A stretch of 64,000 nt of DNA. Source: an uncultured cyanobacterium (GTDB lineage Bacteria > Cyanobacteriota > Cyanobacteriia > PCC-9006 > JAAUQQ01). Numbering within the stretch: position 1 is the first letter of the stretch; each line of letters opens with the position of its first letter. Of this stretch, positions 57,808-64,000 are shown one piece after another. Below the pieces are notes generated by a model. That model did no database searches. It was not told the DNA's origin and saw nothing but the letters and a program-made list of their open reading frames with translations. The stretch covers positions 2,720,001 through 2,784,000 of the forward strand of contig OY970368.1 in NCBI GenBank assembly GCA_963718615.1. The letters run 5' to 3'. A program made the translations under genes and the position numbers.

Positions 57808-58845
57808 ATGAGTAGCAGACCCTCCCTCGACTTTGCAGGAGCCTATGTCGTAGACCAGCTTGAGCTAGAACAACTCCCCCAAGGGGTTTGTACCAAACTG
57901 ATGGTGGATTTGCTCCATGATGGCCTGGGGCGATCGCTGCGTCTGCCGGTGATGGTCGCACGCGGTAAACATGAGGGTCCAGTCTTTGGCCTCACCGCCG
58001 CGCTCCACGGCAACGAACTCAACGGGATTCCCGTCATCCATCGTCTGTTTGAAACCCTCGATCTCCAATCCCTACGCGGCACTCTCGTCGGCATCATGGT
58101 TGTCAATGTTCCCGCTTTTCTCAATAACGAACGGTCCTTTGACGATCGCACCGACATGAATCACATCATGCCTGGTAAACCCAATGGTAACGTTGCAGAA
58201 GTGTATGCCTATCGATTTATCGATCGCATTATTAAACATTTTAGCTATTTAATTGATCTCCACACGGCCAGTTTTGGCAACATTAATTCGCTCTACGTTC
58301 GAGCGGATATGACCAATGAAATCACGGCTAAAATGGCCTACCTACAGCGACCTGAAATTATTCTGCACAATTCTCCTTCAGACCGAACCTTGCGGGGAAC
58401 GGCGATGGAACTAGGGATTCCAGCTATCACCATCGAAATTGGCGATCCTCAAGTCTTTCAAACGCGCCATACTAAGCCCGCCATTAGCGGTGTAAGGCGC
58501 GTTTTAGCAGAAGTGGGAATGCTTCCCAAACGTCCCGTCAGTCCTGGCCCACCGCCAGTTTTATGTGCCCGCTCCCATTGGCTATACACCGATTATGGTG
58601 GTTTATTAGAGGTTTTTCCTAAACCCACAGATCAGGTCAAGTCGGGAGAGGCGATCGCCCAGCAGCGCAATATTTTTGGCGAAGTGATCTGCGAATATCG
58701 TGCCTCTGAAGATAGTATTGTCATTGGCAAAAGCGTCAACCCTGTGGCACAAACCGGAGCTCGGATTTTGCATCTAGGAGCGATCGCTCAAGCCGGCGTT
58801 CATCCTTTTTATGGTCGAGTTGAATCCGCTATTAATCTCGATTAG
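57808..58845 (+). CDS. Succinylglutamate desuccinylase/aspartoacylase (M14-like) family protein
   Basis: AALHGNELNG, DMNHIMPG, IDLHTAS and ITIEIG motifs. Confidence 0.92.
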   Translation: MSSRPSLDFAGAYVVDQLELEQLPQGVCTKLMVDLLHDGLGRSLRLPVMVARGKHEGPVFGLTAALHGNELNGIPVIHRLFETLDLQSLRGTLVGIMVVNVPAFLNNERSFDDRTDMNHIMPGKPNGNVAEVYAYRFIDRIIKHFSYLIDLHTASFGNINSLYVRADMTNEITAKMAYLQRPEIILHNSPSDRTLRGTAMELGIPAITIEIGDPQVFQTRHTKPAISGVRRVLAEVGMLPKRPVSPGPPPVLCARSHWLYTDYGGLLEVFPKPTDQVKSGEAIAQQRNIFGEVICEYRASEDSIVIGKSVNPVAQTGARILHLGAIAQAGVHPFYGRVESAINLD

Positions 58846-58847
58846 CA

Positions 58848-59777
58848 ATGCACTTTACCTTCCTCGTCAACGCTGCCAACAAAATACAGCCCGCCCAAAC
58901 GACTGCCATGTTGATTGCCGCCGCCCAATCCGTCGGACATAGGGTTCGCGTGGTGGGGGTGCAAGATTTAGTCTGTGATTCTCAGGGGCGTCCCTGGGCA
59001 ACGGGACAACGACTCGATCAGACTGATGTGCTTTGGATTCGAACGAATCCTGCTCGTGATTTGTCCCGGCGGGCAGCTCATCAATTTGCCTTGGCGATCG
59101 CTCAACGCTGTGAAGACCAAGGCGTTCGGGTGCTCAATCGGCCTAGGGGCTTACAACGAGCTGCGACTAAACTCTATCTTTTAGAACTGCCAGAGTCAGT
59201 TCGTCCCGCAACCATGATCGGTCAAGATCTGGTATTGATTCGGACGTTTATTGATCAATGCCCGACTGGTGCGGTGCTCAAACCTGTCCAAGGAACTCGG
59301 GGACAGAGCGTTTTTTTTGTAAAATCGAGTCAGGATCCGAACTTGAATCAGATTATTGAGGCGATCGCAAATCATAACCTCGTGATGGTTCAAGCTTGTA
59401 TTCCTGGCGCAGAAGCTGGAGATACCCGCGTGATTGTACTAGGAGGCAAAATTTTAGAATTGCAGGGTCATTCAGCGGCCATTCAGCGGGTACCCCAAAC
59501 AGGAGACTTTCGGAGTAATCTGCATGCCGGAGGATCTGCTGAACCCGCAAGGATTACACCGGAAATGCGACAGGTCGTGGCGGCGATCGCGCCCAAGCTT
59601 CAAGCCGATGGCCTCTGGTTGGTGGGCCTTGATTTTATCGGTAATCAAATCTTAGAACTGAATGTATTTAGTACAGGTGGTCTTAGAGATGCTGAACGCT
59701 TCACGGGTCAAAACTTTGCTGAAGAAATCATCCGCATGGCGGAGAAAGAGCAGAATTTTGATATTCATTTAAGTTAG
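58848..59777 (+). CDS. Glutathione-synthetase-like ATP-grasp ligase
   Basis: WIRTNPARD, LKPVQGTRG, GDTRV, DFRSNLHAGG, GLDFIG and ELNVFSTGG motifs. Confidence 0.85.
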   Translation: MHFTFLVNAANKIQPAQTTAMLIAAAQSVGHRVRVVGVQDLVCDSQGRPWATGQRLDQTDVLWIRTNPARDLSRRAAHQFALAIAQRCEDQGVRVLNRPRGLQRAATKLYLLELPESVRPATMIGQDLVLIRTFIDQCPTGAVLKPVQGTRGQSVFFVKSSQDPNLNQIIEAIANHNLVMVQACIPGAEAGDTRVIVLGGKILELQGHSAAIQRVPQTGDFRSNLHAGGSAEPARITPEMRQVVAAIAPKLQADGLWLVGLDFIGNQILELNVFSTGGLRDAERFTGQNFAEEIIRMAEKEQNFDIHLS

Positions 59778-59905
59778 AAAACTTAAGCGAATTCCTTGGA
59801 TAAACTTACCAGTCAATCTACAAATTCTACTTGACTAGGCCATCTCAGATCTGTCATTATTGGAGGATAGAATGGAATTAAGAATTCTCTATGGGCTAGT
59901 CTTTC

Positions 59906-60646
59906 ATGCGATTTCCACTGCTCTTGCTGATTACCTTTTCTGGCTCTTTACTAATTGCACTTTTTGTTCAACTAGGGCGAAGTAAAACCTCTGAAGCAAT
60001 TACGGAAAGACAGGCACAGCGTGAGCAGCAAGAAGAGGCAGTCATACAGTTTAAGCAAAAAATCCCGACCCAATCTAGCAGTATACTTCAACACAAAGTC
60101 GAAAAACTAGTGGCCTCCCGTCGATGCATTGGCTGTGACCTTCAAGGTGTTGATCTTAGAGGGCTAGAACTGAATCGTGCTAATTTAACCCGTGCAGATT
60201 TGTCTGCGGCAATCTTGACTGAAGCTACTCTGATTAATATTACATTGAAAGATGCTAACCTAACGGGAGCCGATTTTGAAGGCGCGATTATCCAAGGTTC
60301 AAACTTCGAGGGCGTTAACTTACGCGGTGCCAACCTCAAACGAGCAGAAATGCTAAATCTTAGTCTTGAAAATGCTGACTTAAGTCATACAGATTTTCGA
60401 GAGGCAGAGCTACGGGATTCTAATTTGAAACGAGCAAAACTAGAGCGAGCCAATTTTGAGCAGGCGAGTCTCTACGGCTCAGTTTTAATTGAAGCTGAAA
60501 TGAGTGGAACTAATTTTCGAGGCGCTGATTTGCGCTATGCCAACTTTGTCGGCACCAACTTACAAAATTCAAATATTAGAAATGCCCTGTTGGATTGGGC
60601 TATTATGCCGGACGGATCGGGATATCATGGCGTGACGCCCTACTAA
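59906..60646 (+). CDS. Pentapeptide repeat protein with N-terminal membrane anchor
   Basis: CIGCDL followed by A(D/N)Lxx repeats, ending in AIMPDG. Confidence 0.93.
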   Translation: MRFPLLLLITFSGSLLIALFVQLGRSKTSEAITERQAQREQQEEAVIQFKQKIPTQSSSILQHKVEKLVASRRCIGCDLQGVDLRGLELNRANLTRADLSAAILTEATLINITLKDANLTGADFEGAIIQGSNFEGVNLRGANLKRAEMLNLSLENADLSHTDFREAELRDSNLKRAKLERANFEQASLYGSVLIEAEMSGTNFRGADLRYANFVGTNLQNSNIRNALLDWAIMPDGSGYHGVTPY

Positions 60647-60685
60647 GTTAGATTATTTTTCCTTTAGTATGTCGGAGTATCGCAC

Positions 60686-61540
60686 TTGAAATCCTTTAAA
60701 GCCGTTTCCAAGAAAACAATCGCATCAGTATTAATCTCTTGCCTCTTAGCTGGTTTGAGTGGGTGCGATCGCTTCTCCCTGTCTCAACCCATTTTTTATT
60801 CACACAAGTCTCTAGAAAAAGCCAAGTTTGAATTTCAAGTCAAGCCAATTGGGCAAGGGCTTTATCAAATCGCAGGAGAAACCCAGCTTCCCGAAGGTAG
60901 TCAAATCGCTGTTGCGGCTCTACGGTATCTTAAGGTTCAAGAATCACAGGGTTCGACTCCAGATCTTCAAATCCCCAGGTTCAACCCATTAGAAGACGCA
61001 CAAGGTACTGTTAAGTTAACTCAACAACTTTCGCTTTCTAGAGATGCTCGACCAACCTATACAATTTTAGATTATCAGTTTGCTGAGGTTGTCAATGGAC
61101 ATTGGCAAACCCGACTCAATTTGTGGCAGGTTGCAAAGAATGGTCAATATCAAGAGAGTTGGCAAATCCACCAAGATCAGCTCGACCTAGATTTTGAGCC
61201 AGAAGAAAATGTTGTTTTTCTGGCAACCTTATTTGTCGATGGAATTGTAGATGGTCTTGCATCTGTTCAACAAACGCTCGCGGGAGAAAATCTAACCCTC
61301 AGCAAAACCCTCATTCATCAGTCCCTCGAAGGAGAACAGTATTTTCAAGCAGGGCAGCTTTTAGCCGTAGACCTGCCAACAGGAAAAACCCATACTCCGG
61401 CTCTCCGCACTCAAGACATTAATGGTGGATGGGGTCGTCGTTATATTATTCCTCCTGAACATCCAAATATCACAGCGCTAGAGCTTCCAGAGAATCGCTT
61501 AACCAATTCTTCTGAAACACCTGAGGAGTTTATGAATTGA
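60686..61540 (+). CDS. Conserved hypothetical lipoprotein
   Basis: Lipobox LSGC. LNLWQVA..G.YQE.WQ and NGGWG.RY motifs. Confidence 0.72.
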   Translation: MKSFKAVSKKTIASVLISCLLAGLSGCDRFSLSQPIFYSHKSLEKAKFEFQVKPIGQGLYQIAGETQLPEGSQIAVAALRYLKVQESQGSTPDLQIPRFNPLEDAQGTVKLTQQLSLSRDARPTYTILDYQFAEVVNGHWQTRLNLWQVAKNGQYQESWQIHQDQLDLDFEPEENVVFLATLFVDGIVDGLASVQQTLAGENLTLSKTLIHQSLEGEQYFQAGQLLAVDLPTGKTHTPALRTQDINGGWGRRYIIPPEHPNITALELPENRLTNSSETPEEFMN

Positions 61541-61609
61541 GCTTAGGCAATTTGTTGTAAATTCTCATACTGAAAGCAATTAAATGATTGAGCTTCTCTG
61601 CTGATACCC

Positions 61610-64000
61610 TTATACCGCTACAACTTGAACCATTTCTTCAAGTTTTTGCAATAACTTCTGTTCATTATAGGGTTTTGAAAGATAGGCAGATGCACCTAAG
61701 CGCATTGCTAGTTGGCGATGCTTTTCCCCACTTCTAGAGGTTAGCATTGCAACCGGTACATGAGACAAGCTTGGATCAGATTTGAGCTTCGTTAATACAC
61801 CATAGCCGTCTAAACGAGGCATTTCAATATCACAAATAATCGCTTGAACTTGCAAACCAATCTCTAGTTTATTAATAGCATCCTGCCCATCTTTTGCTTG
61901 TTCAACCAAATATCCTGCTTTTTCAAGGGTTAACGCTAAAAACCGTCTAACATTGATAGAATCATCTATAACCATGACCGTAGGACGCTGGTCAAAATCA
62001 ATTCTTGCCAACGCGTCCAAAGATTTCATTTGGGCTAAAGACGGTGCTAACTCAGAATGGAGGCGATTAGAAAGATGAGAACGACTGGACATCCAGTAGA
62101 GTAATTCAGAAACGTTAACTAGCGGAACCACTCGGCCATCTCCCATAATCGTACAACTACTCAGCCCTGCAGGCATCGCAATATTGCTTTCAATCGCACG
62201 CACAGCAACTTCCTGTTCTCCCCAAGAGCGATCGACTTGAAGCCCAACAGGTTGCTGATCTAAATTTACAATCAAGATAAGAGGCTCGTTAATCTTCGGA
62301 TTCATTTCCAAACTGTAGGGTTGATTCGGACAGTTAAAAACCAAACCGCTAGATAATGGCCAATGTTGCAGAGGATGACCATTCCAATAATATTGATCCT
62401 GGTAGGTTTCTTCTAAATTTAGCTTGGATAAAAGGACAACTTCAGTGACTAAATCCGCAGGAAATGCCAATAATATTCCATCGCTTTCAACCAGCAGCAC
62501 GCGCATGACTGCGAGGCTAAAGGGTATTGAAAGGGTAAAAGTTGTTCCTTGACCAGGCTTTGTATCAATTGTGATCTCGCCACGAACTTGTTTGAGACGT
62601 TCACGGACAACATCCATTCCAATGCCTCGGCCTGAGAGCATAGTCAGGCTATCACTAGTACTAAATCCAGGTTCAAAGATAAGCGTTAAAAGTTCCCGTT
62701 CATTGGCTGCGACCAAAAGTTCTGGATCGAGTCCCATGGCGATCGCTCGCTGTCGGATTCGTTCAATATTAATCCCACGACCATCATCTTGAATCTGAAT
62801 CAACGTTTGATTACCTCGTTGAAAAGCTCGAATGTCAATCACTCCTTCTTCAGCTTTTCCTTGCATGCACCGCTCTTCTGGGGACTCAACTCCGTGATCA
62901 AACGCATTGCGCAAGAGATGCATCAGTGGTTCTTGAAGAGATTCCAAAATATTTCGGTCAACGAGGGTTTGCCCGCCCTCCATATTGATCCGAACTCGCT
63001 TACCATGTTCTTGACATAAATCACGAACAGCCCGAGGAAACCGATCTAGGATGTCAGCTAAAGGCCGCATTCGTAGCTGAGTTAGATGATGTGTGAGCTG
63101 TTTAGAGGTTTTATTAAAATTTCGAAGCGTCTGATCCGTTTCTTCTAAACTTAGGTCAATGTCAGTCGTTACTTCTTGAACCTGTACAATACTTTCCATC
63201 ACCTCCTGCGAAAGTAAACTAAGATTGGTATATTGATCTAGCTCTAACTGATCAAATGAAAACTTATATTTATTCTTCTGATTTAAAGGCTGAGTAGTCG
63301 ATTCAGTGCGAAGGATTGAGTGAGCCAACTTTTGATTTGAATGCAATAAATGACGTGATGAAAAGATTTCGAGTCTGCTATCTCCATTGCTATCTAGATA
63401 GCCTGCGATCGGTTGTTGAAGAGTACTAATTTGATCGTAAATACCTCGAAGCTCTTGATTATTCTTATTCAGATTCTGAACTCTTTGCTTTAGTGTTTGA
63501 GTAAGGCTCCGAAGCCGGTCCGCATAAAGAGCAAGTGCATTTCGTTCAATTGTTAATTCTCCAAAAAGATCATTTAACTGGTTCAAACGTTTGAGAGAAA
63601 CTCGCACTGTTCGATCATCATCAGACTCATGATCTGGAGACTGAGTGAAGCTCTCAGCAGAAGTCAGAAGATTTTCCGTGAGACTTTTTAAGAAGATAGG
63701 ACTGGTTGATACTTTCCCACTAGTGTCTAGACCTAGTGGAATTCGATCAATTTGCTGAGTTAATACCATAGCTTGAGCTTGACGCCAGGCATTAAGTGCG
63801 AATTGTGCAGTGGTTTCAACCGCATGCCCCGTTTCTATCTCTTCAATAATGGTTGTACATAAACAGCTAAATGCAGGAAGCTGGAGCATTTCTCCCAGCC
63901 CCATTAATTCATTAGCAACGATAAGAAGCTCAGAAGTAAGGGTGTTATCCGGCCTTTCTATTAGCTTCTCAACTCGCTGTAGAACTTCATCAACCTCAGA
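61610..64000 (-). CDS. CheA-like hybrid histidine kinase (kinase-CheW-receiver), 5'-partial
   Basis: HLLRNAFDHG, DDGRGI, FEPGFST, SGRGIGMDVV, CheW and receiver (IDDS, CDIEMP, LTSR, KP). Frame open to the window end. Confidence 0.95.
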   Translation of the reverse strand, partial: SEVDEVLQRVEKLIERPDNTLTSELLIVANELMGLGEMLQLPAFSCLCTTIIEEIETGHAVETTAQFALNAWRQAQAMVLTQQIDRIPLGLDTSGKVSTSPIFLKSLTENLLTSAESFTQSPDHESDDDRTVRVSLKRLNQLNDLFGELTIERNALALYADRLRSLTQTLKQRVQNLNKNNQELRGIYDQISTLQQPIAGYLDSNGDSRLEIFSSRHLLHSNQKLAHSILRTESTTQPLNQKNKYKFSFDQLELDQYTNLSLLSQEVMESIVQVQEVTTDIDLSLEETDQTLRNFNKTSKQLTHHLTQLRMRPLADILDRFPRAVRDLCQEHGKRVRINMEGGQTLVDRNILESLQEPLMHLLRNAFDHGVESPEERCMQGKAEEGVIDIRAFQRGNQTLIQIQDDGRGINIERIRQRAIAMGLDPELLVAANERELLTLIFEPGFSTSDSLTMLSGRGIGMDVVRERLKQVRGEITIDTKPGQGTTFTLSIPFSLAVMRVLLVESDGILLAFPADLVTEVVLLSKLNLEETYQDQYYWNGHPLQHWPLSSGLVFNCPNQPYSLEMNPKINEPLILIVNLDQQPVGLQVDRSWGEQEVAVRAIESNIAMPAGLSSCTIMGDGRVVPLVNVSELLYWMSSRSHLSNRLHSELAPSLAQMKSLDALARIDFDQRPTVMVIDDSINVRRFLALTLEKAGYLVEQAKDGQDAINKLEIGLQVQAIICDIEMPRLDGYGVLTKLKSDPSLSHVPVAMLTSRSGEKHRQLAMRLGASAYLSKPYNEQKLLQKLEEMVQVVAV

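Overview
Chromosomal window from a cyanobacterium: the HIP1 octamer GCGATCGC is dense, groESL has CIRCE and K-box elements, and there are Uma2, DUF928, CHASE2 and pentapeptide genes. Core genes (purT, groES-groEL, tRNA-Val(GAC), peptide ABC ATPase, yidD, a CheA-like kinase) alternate with three accessory zones. (1) A CHAT-NTPase-TPR NLR-like gene at 2.2-6.0 kb. (2) A defence-like cluster at 18.0-26.4 kb: DUF4365 and antitoxin remnants, DUF1016, a caspase-NB-ARC-repeat protein, Rpn, and a three-gene HNH operon. (3) An ~11 kb island at 44.1-55.3 kb lying between the CHAT and DUF928 genes of an AAA/CHASE2-FHA-CHAT signalling locus. The island holds an IS21, two miniature elements and two copies of a Uma2/promoter/leader module. 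Each copy ends at a HIP1 site and is followed by different HIP1-free cargo: a protein with tandem Nif11-like domains plus ten 11-aa repeats, and a paralogous coiled-coil pair resembling bipartite alpha-helical pore-forming toxins. Both NLR-like genes show a strand-composition inversion centred on their hypervariable repeats. All family calls come from motif recognition by eye; no database searches were run.
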